DNA of 59,912 nucleotides, counting the filler. It is 3 parts of 3 records of this genome, joined end to end, with 100 filler letters (N's around TTAATTAATTAA, not from the genome) between each part and the next. Parts side by side here need not be neighbours in the genome. Positions count along the whole stretch, not along the records: positions 1 to 29,491 come from SRR22947725_2448; 2 more parts are not named here. The stretch is one strand, 5' to 3'. The notes under the pieces were generated by a model that saw nothing but the letters and a program-made list of their open reading frames with translations, searched no databases and was not told the DNA's origin. Numbering within the stretch: position 1 is the first letter of the stretch; every line of letters starts with the position of its first letter. Shown piece after piece: positions 1-9,910 of the stretch. Position numbers and translations under genes: made by a program.

Positions 1-1
1 C

Positions 2-466
2 CAACACAAACTTATCGATGCTCGACCAGTTGTCATAGCCTGCATCCGGAGTGGGTGGTTTTCGGATAGGTTCAAAGGCCCAGTGTTTTTCGTAAAATGC
101 TCCTTCATCAATCCAACGATTGAGTGTTTCTATCTCAATTTCAGACAATCCAGAGCTTTCTTCGGGTGGGGGCATGCGCTCCTCAGGATCTGTTGTAAGG
201 ACGCGCTTGATCAGTGGGCTTTTTTTAGAGTCACCTTCTACAATCGCATGTTGCTTGGCGTCGGATTCAAGATCCAGTCTCAGTTTGCCTTTGCGCGAAT
301 CTGAGTCAGGCCCGTGACAGTGAAGGCAATGCTCGGCAAGGATCGGGCGGATGTCTCTATTGAAACGCATTGTTTCTGCCTTCAGCGAAATTAAAGTGGC
401 GCCAAAGAACAGGAGGAGGTAACCGCAGGCTAACCAATAAAATGGATCATACCGGGAGTTTGTCAT
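2..466 (-). CDS. Planctomycete cytochrome c (PSCyt1) domain protein, probably PSD1/DUF1549-DUF1553 type; 3' end cut by window edge
   Basis: Not in the ORF track. Manual translation from ATG 466 gives a signal peptide, then FNRDIRPILAEHCLHCHGPD (CxxCH heme motif) ... RMPP ... WIDEGA ... HWAFEP ... IDKFVL, the typical N-terminus of this PVC family. Confidence 0.85.
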   Translation of the reverse strand, partial: MTNSRYDPFYWLACGYLLLFFGATLISLKAETMRFNRDIRPILAEHCLHCHGPDSDSRKGKLRLDLESDAKQHAIVEGDSKKSPLIKRVLTTDPEERMPPPEESSGLSEIEIETLNRWIDEGAFYEKHWAFEPIRKPPTPDAGYDNWSSIDKFVL

Positions 467-631
467 GGTTCTAAACTTTGGCAGTTTTTTCATGGATTGA
501 TCATGACTATATTATTGTCATCACTCAGCTTGTCCAGATTGTTTGGTGCTATTCTTGATTGCAGAATGATTTTAACCGCTTTCATATTTGCATTGCGCAT
601 TTTTGTATGTTTGAGCGATGATTCCCACATC

Positions 632-1783
632 ATGAGATACTTTTCTAAGTCCTTTTCTGTGGTGTTGATTTTTATGTCCATGGGGCTCACTCAGCATTTG
701 CAAGGAGCCGCTTCGCAACCAGAGCTAAGCGCTTGGATCAAGACCATTCGCGCCGTATCCATCGAAGGGCTTGGAAATCGTGATGCTTCAACAGCATCAC
801 ATTCGCTTGGTAAACAGGCCCCTGATACTCTTGTCACGATATTGACAGGCATGAAGGGAGCCTCTCCTTTGGCTCAGAATTGGCTTCGATCTTCCATTGA
901 AAGTATTGTTCATCTTGCATTCAAGACGGATTCGCCTCTTCCTTTGATGGATTTGACCGAATTTCTGCTGAATGATGAGAATGCGCCCAGAGCTCGATCT
1001 TTGTGTTTCGAACTAATTCAAAACAGTGATACCAAAGCAGGAGAAATCTTGCTTCGCGGGATGTTGAATGATCCGTCAAATGACCTGAGAGAAAAGGCGG
1101 TTGATCAGTGGATTGCTTCAGGTAACGAGGCCTTGTCTGACAATCAAGCTTCCACAGCAAAAGTGATCTTTCGGCAGGCGCTCCAATATGCTCGTGATGT
1201 TATACAGATCAGAGCTTTGGCTGATGAACTTGAAAAAATGGAATACACTGTTGATATCCCTGATTTGCTGGGGTTCATCACCGATTGGAAAGTTGTCGGT
1301 CCTTTCCATAATCTGGATCGAGGAGGCTTTGAAACTGTTTTCCCTCCTGAAAAAGAATTGCGGCTGGATGGTACATTTGACGGGAAAAGTGGTGAGGTGT
1401 CCTGGGAATCGTTGAGTAGCGATGATCGATTTGGGATGATTGATATCAATGATGCCTATGCAGGATATCAGAAGGAAGTCACCGCATACGCGCATCATGC
1501 CTTTATTTCTGATCAGGAGCGGCCTGTGCAGTTAAGGTTGGGTTGTAAAAATGCCTGGAAGGTATGGCTCAACGGCGAGCTTCTTTTTGGGCGGGATGAA
1601 TATCATCGCGGAATGAAGATCGATCAATACATCATGGATGCCGGCCTCCGTGCGGGACGGAATGACATCGTGGTTAAAATCTGTCAAAACGAGCAGGTAG
1701 AAGATTGGACCATTGAATGGGAATTCCAGCTGCGCGTATGTGATGAAACGGGTAAAGCCATCCATTCCCTTGCTCGTCAGTAA
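632..1783 (+). CDS. Secreted HEAT-repeat-like protein with C-terminal PA14-like beta domain
   Basis: ORF 497..1783; ATG 632 (MRYFSK...) gives a plausible signal peptide. Helical N-half; C-terminal W.VVGPF...KVWLNG...GRNDIVVK pattern is common in PVC proteins. Confidence 0.6.
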   Translation: MRYFSKSFSVVLIFMSMGLTQHLQGAASQPELSAWIKTIRAVSIEGLGNRDASTASHSLGKQAPDTLVTILTGMKGASPLAQNWLRSSIESIVHLAFKTDSPLPLMDLTEFLLNDENAPRARSLCFELIQNSDTKAGEILLRGMLNDPSNDLREKAVDQWIASGNEALSDNQASTAKVIFRQALQYARDVIQIRALADELEKMEYTVDIPDLLGFITDWKVVGPFHNLDRGGFETVFPPEKELRLDGTFDGKSGEVSWESLSSDDRFGMIDINDAYAGYQKEVTAYAHHAFISDQERPVQLRLGCKNAWKVWLNGELLFGRDEYHRGMKIDQYIMDAGLRAGRNDIVVKICQNEQVEDWTIEWEFQLRVCDETGKAIHSLARQ

Positions 1784-1866
1784 GTCACGAGCAGAGTTTC
1801 CCGCTCATCCCATGGAGGGACTGGTTGTTCCCTGTCCCTTGATGACCTTGCCGATCGTCTGTAAAC

Positions 1867-2811
1867 TCAAAGGCCGGCTTTGGGATCTCCTTTGAAATGA
1901 AAGGGTTTGTCTCCCAGTAGCTGATCAGACGTGACAGTTGGGCAGACGTACTTTTCGATGTGCTCCACTATCAACTCGGTGCCTTGAAAATGATCCACAT
2001 AGGGCCACATTTTTGGGTTGTACATCGTATCTGTCATGTCGCGCATGAGGACGACATTTTTACCATTCTTTGCCATTTGCCTTAAACCGAATGGACGCCC
2101 CAGAACACACATGTTGGTATGCACTCCCAGAAGGATGACATTTTTGATCTTGTGCTGTTCCAATAAATTCCACACCTCCTTGCCATCGTCAGTGATGGCA
2201 TCGCTTGAGTCGATTTGCAATGTGTCCACCTGCCTGATCCAGGGGGCCCTGGGGTTCCTGCCGATGCTCTCCAGGTATTTCGCCCATGCTGCGTGCTCAA
2301 CGGGATCGTCATCCTCACCGCCATCTGATTGATCAATGGGGTAAACTCCTTGCTCTTCTTCGGGGATGACGTAGCACCAGGCTCCAATGTCTTCCGGGAG
2401 GTTGGGTGCAGTAGGAGCATTTTTTGCTTTCAGCCTACCTGGATGCCCTTCGTAAAAATCCATGCAACTGCTGGGAGAGTGAATGATAAGTACTCCTGCT
2501 TTCCTTGCTTTGATCAGCACTTCATTCATTCGCGGTGACATCTCACCCACGCGGGTCACTGCATTTTTACAATGATGCAAATCCCACATGTCACAAACAA
2601 TAACCGCGGTCTCTCTCGAGTTCCATGTTTGTTGGATATTGTTGATCTGGTAACCAGAATTGGTGTCTGAAGATTTAACCCGCTCACGCAGGGTCATATC
2701 AAATGCGGAACTGGCAGCTTGAACGTGTGTCATGAGAATCAACAATGATGCCCCAGCCAAAAGAGCCAGACGGTATGACTTCCTGCGGAGTTTTGAAATG
2801 ATGGGATACAT
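1867..2811 (-). CDS. Secreted isochorismatase/cysteine hydrolase (nicotinamidase-like) family protein
   Basis: Signal peptide; AVIVCDMWD (catalytic Asp) and GVHTNMCV (catalytic Cys) motifs. Confidence 0.75.
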   Translation of the reverse strand: MYPIISKLRRKSYRLALLAGASLLILMTHVQAASSAFDMTLRERVKSSDTNSGYQINNIQQTWNSRETAVIVCDMWDLHHCKNAVTRVGEMSPRMNEVLIKARKAGVLIIHSPSSCMDFYEGHPGRLKAKNAPTAPNLPEDIGAWCYVIPEEEQGVYPIDQSDGGEDDDPVEHAAWAKYLESIGRNPRAPWIRQVDTLQIDSSDAITDDGKEVWNLLEQHKIKNVILLGVHTNMCVLGRPFGLRQMAKNGKNVVLMRDMTDTMYNPKMWPYVDHFQGTELIVEHIEKYVCPTVTSDQLLGDKPFHFKGDPKAGL

Positions 2812-3383
2812 AAGTATTCTTTAGTAAACTAGAGCGTGAAATTGTTCAATCTGAAACTAAGCTTGTGTTTGTTTACAGTGCAATCCAGACCAAGTGGGAA
2901 ATTAAATTTGCATAGGTCTGCTTCCGCAGGTCCCTGAATATCCTCATCATTAACTTACCCTGTTGCATATGGGTGTGTTTTGGCCGCGTAGCATCGCTGT
3001 CCTACTGAATGACAGATAATAGAGAAGACTTCCTCATCTTTTTGGAACCATACCATCACTTAAGGTTGTTTGAAAGACTTTAAGGCATGACTGTTATTTG
3101 GGTTCAAGGAAATGAGTAGGCAGATTTGGCAGGCCTTCGATGCTAAGCTGAAGCTGTTACCGTGCCATTAAATAGATTACCAGCTATTGGGCTTTCAGGG
3201 AAGTTGAGGGAGTGTGTTTTTCTGCCGTTACTTAAATGTCTTGAATATAGATTTCCTCGCAATTGCATTCTCCTTAAAACCCATAAGAAAACTTAAATTC
3301 CACTGTAAGCGTAAAAAAGGTAAGTCTTGCATCATTCCGTTGACTCACATCTGCAAGCAGGCTTTGATGTCAATGTGAACCCT

Positions 3384-4844
3384 ATGATGAAAATCAAATC
3401 TGTCTTAACGGTTTTGTGCTCGCTCTTAATTTGTGATGCCTTGCATGCTCAGAGCTCTGAGCGCCCGAACATTCTCTTCATTTTTCTTGATGATTTTGGT
3501 TGGAAAGACACCAGCTATATGGGGTCTGATTTTTACGAAACACCCCATCTCGACCGATTGGCGCGCGAGGGCATGATATTCACACAAGCCTACTCCGCAG
3601 CTGCCAATTGTGCCCCGGCAAGAGCAAGTTTGTTAAGTGGTCAGTACACCCCTCGACATCAAGTTTTCAATGTGGGGACCCGCCCCAGAGGGAAGGCCAA
3701 GCACCGGCGACTGAATCACATTCCGGGAACTGATACACTACGCACCGATATTCAGACCTGGGCTCATCGCATTCAAAAAGCAGGTTATCGCACGGCTACC
3801 ATGGGGAAGTGGCATTTGTCTGATGATCCGACACCTTATGGGTTCGATGTGAACGTAGGCGGCACGCACTCTGGAGGGCCGCCACGTGGTTACTATCCAC
3901 CGCATGGTAAAGTCCCGGGATTGCAGGACGTGCCCGAGGATGAATTTGTGACTACCACACTATCCAGGAGAGCCGTTTCTTTTATTGAGTCCAGCAAGGA
4001 CCAGCCCTGGTTTTTATATCTCACGATGTTTGCGGTTCACACACCGATTCAGGCAAAAAAAGATCTCCTGGACAAATACGAATCCAAGACCCCGGGCAGA
4101 CTTCATCATAATGCTAAAATGGCAACCATGATACAGGCTGTGGACGATGGAGTAGGGCGCATCGTAACGAAATTGGAGGAACTGGGTTTGACCAATCAAA
4201 CAGCGATTGTTTTCTTTTCCGATAACGGTGGATACGGGCCGGCAACGGACATGGCTCCATTGAAAGGATACAAAGGTGCCTATTACGAAGGTGGCATCCG
4301 TGAGCCATTTTTTGTCAAATGGCCGGGAGTTGTAGAGGCTGGCACGATCAATGAGACCCACATTATTGGAGTGGATTTGTATCCCACATTCCTTGAGATG
4401 ACCGGTGCGACTGCCAAGGACGGTCAGGTTCAGGATGGACTCAATCTTGTTCCCTTGTTCAAGGGAGGAACACTTTCCGAGCGTTCCTTGTTCTGGCATT
4501 TTCCTGCTTATTTACAGAGTTATGGTGGCAAAGGCCCGTTCGAACAAAGAGATCCTTTGTTTCGATCGCGACCCGTCGGGGTCGTTCGGCATGGTGACTG
4601 GAAATTGATGGAGTTTTTTGAATCAGGTGACCTGGAATTGTACAACCTCAAGCAAGACATTGGTGAGTCCAGGAACCTGGCGAATTCGCACCCTGAAACA
4701 CTGCGGAAACTGCATGGGATCATGAAAGAATGGCGTCAAAAAACAGGGGCCCCCATTCCCTCAGATCGTAATCCCTCATTTGATCCCGTTGCAGAAAAAC
4801 AGGCCATTGAAAAAGCACTGGCCTTAAGAAAGTCATTTCCGTGA
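3384..4844 (+). CDS. Sulfatase (S1, Cys-type, arylsulfatase A-like)
   Basis: PNILFIFLDD, CAPARASLLSG (CxPxR), GKWHL, SDNGG and ELYNL motifs; start placed at ATG 3384 before the signal peptide. Confidence 0.93.
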   Translation: MMKIKSVLTVLCSLLICDALHAQSSERPNILFIFLDDFGWKDTSYMGSDFYETPHLDRLAREGMIFTQAYSAAANCAPARASLLSGQYTPRHQVFNVGTRPRGKAKHRRLNHIPGTDTLRTDIQTWAHRIQKAGYRTATMGKWHLSDDPTPYGFDVNVGGTHSGGPPRGYYPPHGKVPGLQDVPEDEFVTTTLSRRAVSFIESSKDQPWFLYLTMFAVHTPIQAKKDLLDKYESKTPGRLHHNAKMATMIQAVDDGVGRIVTKLEELGLTNQTAIVFFSDNGGYGPATDMAPLKGYKGAYYEGGIREPFFVKWPGVVEAGTINETHIIGVDLYPTFLEMTGATAKDGQVQDGLNLVPLFKGGTLSERSLFWHFPAYLQSYGGKGPFEQRDPLFRSRPVGVVRHGDWKLMEFFESGDLELYNLKQDIGESRNLANSHPETLRKLHGIMKEWRQKTGAPIPSDRNPSFDPVAEKQAIEKALALRKSFP

Positions 4845-6349
4845 TTTCAAACGTGTCTTATCGATTCTTTGAGTCCTTATTTGGAAGGGTGGCTCTTTTA
4901 GCTTTGGTTCTGATTGCAATGCCGGACATCAGAGCCACCGCCCCGAATGTACTATTTATTGCGGTGGACGATTTAAATGATTGGATTGGGTGTATGAATG
5001 GACACCCTCAGGCTCAAACACCGAATATGGATAGGCTCGCCGAGCGAGGGGTGTTGTTTACGAATGCCCATTGCGTCGCTCCTGCCTGTCGCCCATCACG
5101 TTCAGCTGTGTTCACCGGAAAACGACCACAACAGACGGGCGCATGGTCCAATCAAAGTCGGGACATCATCAATGACTATCCGCGAAGCGATCTCTTACCG
5201 CAATATATTGCCGATCAAGGCTACAAAACGTTTGGAACGGGGAAGCTTTTCCATGGAGACGGCACGGAATATTTCCAGCACGCATTTGAAATACACCAAC
5301 GATGGAGTCCATTCTCATCCGGGCAGGCTAGCTATACCGCATTGGAATTACCAAGCAAAGGAAGTGAGCATCCAAAGCACGTCATTCAAAACGGTCCAGG
5401 AGGGCATGATTATGTGTTGCCTTTGAACGGACTTCCAAGTGAACGCAATCCCTCCAAAGCATCAGGAGAGTCATTTGATTGGGGGCCTTTTGATGTGGAG
5501 GATCGGGAAATGGGGGACACGCAGATCACCGATTGGGCGATGTCACAATTGAAATCAGAACATGATCAGCCCTTTTTCATGGGAGTCGGCTACTACCGCC
5601 CTCATATACCGCTCTTTGCACCTCAGCAGGATTTTGATGTTTACCCTTCTGCTGATCAGATTCAGTTACCGTCCGTGTTGGCAAAAGATTTGGGGGACAT
5701 AGGAGCCGCAGGCAAACAATGGGCGCTGGAACCGATCACTGCAGGTTCTCACGAGATTGTAGAAAAATCGGACCAATGGCGTGAGGCCGTGCGAGCTTAT
5801 CTTGCCTGTATGACCTACGTGGATCGTCAGCTCGGGAGACTCTTGGATCAACTTGAACAATCCAAACACGCCGAGAATACCTGGGTCATTTTGTGGAGTG
5901 ACCACGGTTGGCATTTAGGTGAAAAACGTCATTGGGGTAAATGGACCGGTTGGCGTGAATCGACGCGTGTCCCTTTGATCATTGTCCCTCCCCTCAATGA
6001 AAAACAAGCGATTCGAGGGGAGTCATGTGATGAGCCCGTGAGTTTGCTAGACCTTTATCCCACGTTGATAGAAATCTGCCAGCTTCCCGAGAAGAAGGGA
6101 CTCGGTGGTCAATCCCTCATGCCGCTCATGCGCGCACCCAGAACCGTAATTAACCGTCATGTGTTTACCATGTTCAATCCCGGTAACGTAGCCATCACTG
6201 GGCATCAGTGGAAATACATCCGCTACGCCAGCGGAGAAGAAGAACTCTACAACATCAAAAACGATCCAAATGAATGGCTCAATCTCGCGAGCCAGAAGGA
6301 TCAAGAAAAAAGACTCCGTCAGTTTCGAGCGAGGCTTGCAGGAAATTAA
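4841..6349 (+). CDS. Sulfatase (S1; iduronate-2-sulfatase/choline-sulfatase-like)
   Basis: PNVLFIAVDDL, CRPSRSAVFTG, GKLFH, RPHIP and WSDHGWHLGEK motifs; GTGA overlap with the upstream sulfatase. Confidence 0.92.
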   Translation: MISNVSYRFFESLFGRVALLALVLIAMPDIRATAPNVLFIAVDDLNDWIGCMNGHPQAQTPNMDRLAERGVLFTNAHCVAPACRPSRSAVFTGKRPQQTGAWSNQSRDIINDYPRSDLLPQYIADQGYKTFGTGKLFHGDGTEYFQHAFEIHQRWSPFSSGQASYTALELPSKGSEHPKHVIQNGPGGHDYVLPLNGLPSERNPSKASGESFDWGPFDVEDREMGDTQITDWAMSQLKSEHDQPFFMGVGYYRPHIPLFAPQQDFDVYPSADQIQLPSVLAKDLGDIGAAGKQWALEPITAGSHEIVEKSDQWREAVRAYLACMTYVDRQLGRLLDQLEQSKHAENTWVILWSDHGWHLGEKRHWGKWTGWRESTRVPLIIVPPLNEKQAIRGESCDEPVSLLDLYPTLIEICQLPEKKGLGGQSLMPLMRAPRTVINRHVFTMFNPGNVAITGHQWKYIRYASGEEELYNIKNDPNEWLNLASQKDQEKRLRQFRARLAGN

Positions 6350-6407
6350 ACCAGTTCCAGTAATTGCCAGATTGAGGTTTCTGATTTCGTTAATCGATTC
6401 TCTGCAA

Positions 6408-8327
6408 TTATTTGGGTTTTCCGAAGAAGCGGTCGATGAGAGATGCATCGAGGGGTTTCGTTGTTTTTGAGACAAGGAGCGCAAAGAGGGTGGACCCGAT
6501 GATGTCCCAGAGAAAGGGTTGGATGTTGAGGAAGGAGTAGACTTTGAACTCCTGATGGATAACGTAGCCAGCAATGTAGAGCACCAGGTGGGTGATGCAT
6601 CCTCCAAGCATGCCGGCAATGATTCCAGCTCTCGTGATCCCCGGCCAATAAAGTGCCAGTGCCATGGGCATGAGGAAACAACCTGCGAGTCCTCCGGTAG
6701 CAAACACGATCAAGTTCTGTAAATATTGTGGCGGATTCAAAACCGCCATGACGGCTGCCACGCCGATGACGGCTGTGACAATATAAGTCAACCACTTGAC
6801 TCTCTTCTCAGAGGCGTTGGGGTTGAGATGATGATGGTAAACGTCGCGGACAACGCCTGAGGATACCATCAATAAGAAACTATCCACACTGCTCATGACG
6901 GCTGCAAAAGGTGCGGCAACGATAAGCCCAGTCAGCCAGGGCATGCCTGCATTTTCGGACAATGTGCGTGCCAGTGCCGGCATGATACGATCCGGCTCGA
7001 TTTCCATGCCGGGCAGAATGACCCGAGCACAGCAGAAAATAATGATCAATGGGAAATAAATGGCGGTGTAGTAAACGGAGACAAGTACGATAGAACGTTT
7101 CAAAACGCGACTGTCAGTGAAGGCCATTTGACGCACCATGTTACTTGGTTGGCCGGCCCCTCCGAAAGCCCAGAAAACAAAAAAGCTAAAAGCCATGCCC
7201 AGTGACAAAAAGCCCATATCCTCGTTTTTGCTTGGCCCCGGGGGCGTGACATAGACCCCTTTTTGTCCGTCACCACGCGCATAGGGAAGGGTAGAAGTGA
7301 TGTTCACGCGACCCCACTCGGAAAGGTTCAGCGCTTTGTTTTTCACTTTCTGGCCTGGGTCGGGTTGTATGAGCACTTCAAGCTCGGGAGTTGTTGGTGT
7401 ATCGGGCTCTATGACGACATGGTTGGCAATCCGGACGACGCGTTGATCGTCGGTATGCATCCAGGTGCCTTTTTGAATGGAGAGTTTTTCCGTCAACGAA
7501 GACTTCCACTGAATGGTGATCGTTCCCATTTGGGGAGGCTTCATTTCGGCAAGTTGCTCGGTTGCCTTGCTTAGCCCCCCGACCTGACTCAGGGCCAGCA
7601 CGAGCATGACCATAACGCCTATCACCATGACCAGCCCTTGCATGACGTCAGTCCAAACCACCGCACGGAATCCCCCATAAGTCGTGTAAACAATGACTGT
7701 AGTGGCAAAAAGCATCAGGCAAAGGAGATAATCAGGTTCCGTGGATTGAGTTAAAAAGAAATTTCCTTTCCAGCTTGCAACCCAGGTCACAGCGGATTGA
7801 AAAAAATCTAAATCTTCAAGTAAGGTTGCGAGAATGACGCTCCCTCCCTTGAACTGCGCCAAGAGATAAAAGAACATGAAAAAGGTCAGTAAGGATGTCG
7901 CTACCAAACCGACAGATGCGCTTCCAAATCTGGCTCGCAGAATGTCTGGCACCGTGACCGCATTGGCTTTGCGCGAAACTTGATTGAGACGTTTGGCAAG
8001 CAAACCAGTGGTGACCAGGGGGACGATCATGTAACCTGCAATCCAAAGCGCGAGGACCCAGCCGTGCGTATAAATCAATGCAGGAAACCCCATGAAGCTA
8101 CCTCCGGATGCATTGGTGGCAGCGAAGGTGAGCGCAAAAGCCCAAACCCCCAAGCCGCGGCTCCCAAGAAAATACTCACTGACGAATTCTTTTTTGCTGC
8201 GAATCCTTCCGGCCAGCCAGGCAAGGGCAAAAACGAAGAGCATGTAAATTGCGAAGCTGATTAAAGCTGCATTCTGGCCCTGACCTTTTGCGCTGGCGTC
8301 AGCAATTAAATTTTGGAGAGATTCCAT
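6408..8327 (-). CDS. Sodium:solute symporter (SSS; PanF/PutP-like) with a large loop insertion
   Basis: EYFLGSR, SGGSFMGFP, GGFRAVVWTD and AAVMSSVDS motifs; many TM helices; 639 aa. Confidence 0.9.
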   Translation of the reverse strand: MESLQNLIADASAKGQGQNAALISFAIYMLFVFALAWLAGRIRSKKEFVSEYFLGSRGLGVWAFALTFAATNASGGSFMGFPALIYTHGWVLALWIAGYMIVPLVTTGLLAKRLNQVSRKANAVTVPDILRARFGSASVGLVATSLLTFFMFFYLLAQFKGGSVILATLLEDLDFFQSAVTWVASWKGNFFLTQSTEPDYLLCLMLFATTVIVYTTYGGFRAVVWTDVMQGLVMVIGVMVMLVLALSQVGGLSKATEQLAEMKPPQMGTITIQWKSSLTEKLSIQKGTWMHTDDQRVVRIANHVVIEPDTPTTPELEVLIQPDPGQKVKNKALNLSEWGRVNITSTLPYARGDGQKGVYVTPPGPSKNEDMGFLSLGMAFSFFVFWAFGGAGQPSNMVRQMAFTDSRVLKRSIVLVSVYYTAIYFPLIIIFCCARVILPGMEIEPDRIMPALARTLSENAGMPWLTGLIVAAPFAAVMSSVDSFLLMVSSGVVRDVYHHHLNPNASEKRVKWLTYIVTAVIGVAAVMAVLNPPQYLQNLIVFATGGLAGCFLMPMALALYWPGITRAGIIAGMLGGCITHLVLYIAGYVIHQEFKVYSFLNIQPFLWDIIGSTLFALLVSKTTKPLDASLIDRFFGKPK

Positions 8328-8457
8328 GGATTGTATTGTTTCAGGTGTAGGGGCTTTCAGCTGCAGGGCTGCGAGTTACGCTCGCCTCCTATCGCCTCAT
8401 TTTATTGGCCATTGGCTTATTGGGGATCGAGTGCATGCTGCAAAAGTGGCCTAGCAA

Positions 8458-8763
8458 TCAGCTGGATTGATTCGATGAATCTCTTGCAGCTTCATCACTC
8501 AGTGGATCATCCTTCATGACTTTACTGGCAAAATAGAAAATGATGATATTTGCTCCTAACCAGGGAATAGCCACTCCCCAGAATACCCAGGCAGGAAATC
8601 CGAATACTGTTTTTACTGGCGTATCAGGGGCATGACCAAAACCCAACCAACCCGAGACACCCACGACCCACAAAGCAAAGGCGGCCCAAATGAGGAGGAT
8701 CCAGAATGTTTCACGCCTTGAATTTTGGTAAACGGGGTCGGTTCCAATAGGGTGTTTACTCAT
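8458..8763 (-). CDS. DUF997/YhdT-family small membrane protein (SSS accessory)
   Basis: RRE..W, two TM segments, GFPAWVFW and a C-terminal KDDPL; lies upstream of an SSS gene, as yhdT does with panF. Confidence 0.8.
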   Translation of the reverse strand: MSKHPIGTDPVYQNSRRETFWILLIWAAFALWVVGVSGWLGFGHAPDTPVKTVFGFPAWVFWGVAIPWLGANIIIFYFASKVMKDDPLSDEAARDSSNQSS

Positions 8764-8778
8764 GATGAAACCATGCGT

Positions 8779-9882
8779 TCAGGGTTTCCAGCAAGACTTG
8801 CTTGCATCGTAAGCCATATTTGCGAATGCCGGTTGCATGGTCGCAAGATCTTTTAGCTCCATTTCTTGTAACGCATGGATCACATTTCCCCAAAGGAGGG
8901 TACGTTTCTCAGAGAATGCATTCTCGCCATCAATCAAAAAAGAGGTGATCCGGTCCATCATACGACTGAACTGGTGATCATTAGGTTTTGGGGGGCGATA
9001 AAATTGAGCTGAAAGAGTATCTCCAGCCTTGGTGCGTGCCGCAAAATTATCATCGTTCAAGATTCCGTCCACTGTGATGATAGTGGATTTAAGACCATCG
9101 TTATGTTTAAAAATCCAGGCGCGAGTATCTTTAGCTAATTTAGGAACCATGCCCAGTCCAACAATATCCTGTGTTCGGCCGTCGATGGTGGCTTCGCCTT
9201 GTTTACTGTTGGTGCGTGAAGCCGCTGCTGAAAAAAGATCCCAGGAAAAATGTCCTTCTCTGGCACCCTTCCAAACATCATTGCCTCTGTATCTTTCAAT
9301 ATTCGAGATGCCGCTTTCGCCGCCCTTGCGATGAGAAGTCAGTGTCAGCAATGCATCCACGGCTTCCTTTTCAGCTGATGGGAAAGCACCGCGAATCAGT
9401 ATCACAGTCTCCTCCAGTTCTGCTCCCGACGGCGTGTCCACTTCGGGAAGACGCCAGGTCAGACCGAGTGGGGTGCCTGCTTGAATGCGTGTCTTTTGCT
9501 CGAGGATCATTTGTTCCAGTCCATCAGTTGCCAAATTCTCCGGAAGCCCCACTACAAATCCTCGAGTGGATTCGGAACTCTGCTTGATGGCGGCTTCGAG
9601 TTGTTGCGAACTACATGTCCAATCGTCGTTCGCTCCAGCAGCCAGTATCCATGCATCGGCGTCAGCGATGGCTTCATCGAATGTATCTGCAATCGTCAAG
9701 TTGGGATGATTCTGGCGATGCTTCAGCGTTTGATTCATGGGAGCTCCGTAGACAGCAATTTCTTCAAACGGACTTTCGATGAATCGTCCCTCCGATGGCC
9801 ATCCCATCAGGCAACGGTCAATAAGATGCTGGGCAGGCGAACCGCCTTCAAATTGGGTGCTGAAAAATGCCAGTTTTTTCAT
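8779..9882 (-). CDS. Hypothetical protein; divergent paralog of the upstream GFO-like protein, no signal peptide
   Basis: Shares AQH.IDR.L.G, L..TWR.P.VD.P, R.GGESG and H.DG..(S/T)T motifs with ORF 9911..11233. Confidence 0.75.
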   Translation of the reverse strand: MKKLAFFSTQFEGGSPAQHLIDRCLMGWPSEGRFIESPFEEIAVYGAPMNQTLKHRQNHPNLTIADTFDEAIADADAWILAAGANDDWTCSSQQLEAAIKQSSESTRGFVVGLPENLATDGLEQMILEQKTRIQAGTPLGLTWRLPEVDTPSGAELEETVILIRGAFPSAEKEAVDALLTLTSHRKGGESGISNIERYRGNDVWKGAREGHFSWDLFSAAASRTNSKQGEATIDGRTQDIVGLGMVPKLAKDTRAWIFKHNDGLKSTIITVDGILNDDNFAARTKAGDTLSAQFYRPPKPNDHQFSRMMDRITSFLIDGENAFSEKRTLLWGNVIHALQEMELKDLATMQPAFANMAYDASKSCWKP

Positions 9883-9910
9883 TGGATCGACTTGTTTTTT
9901 TTCTGCGAAA

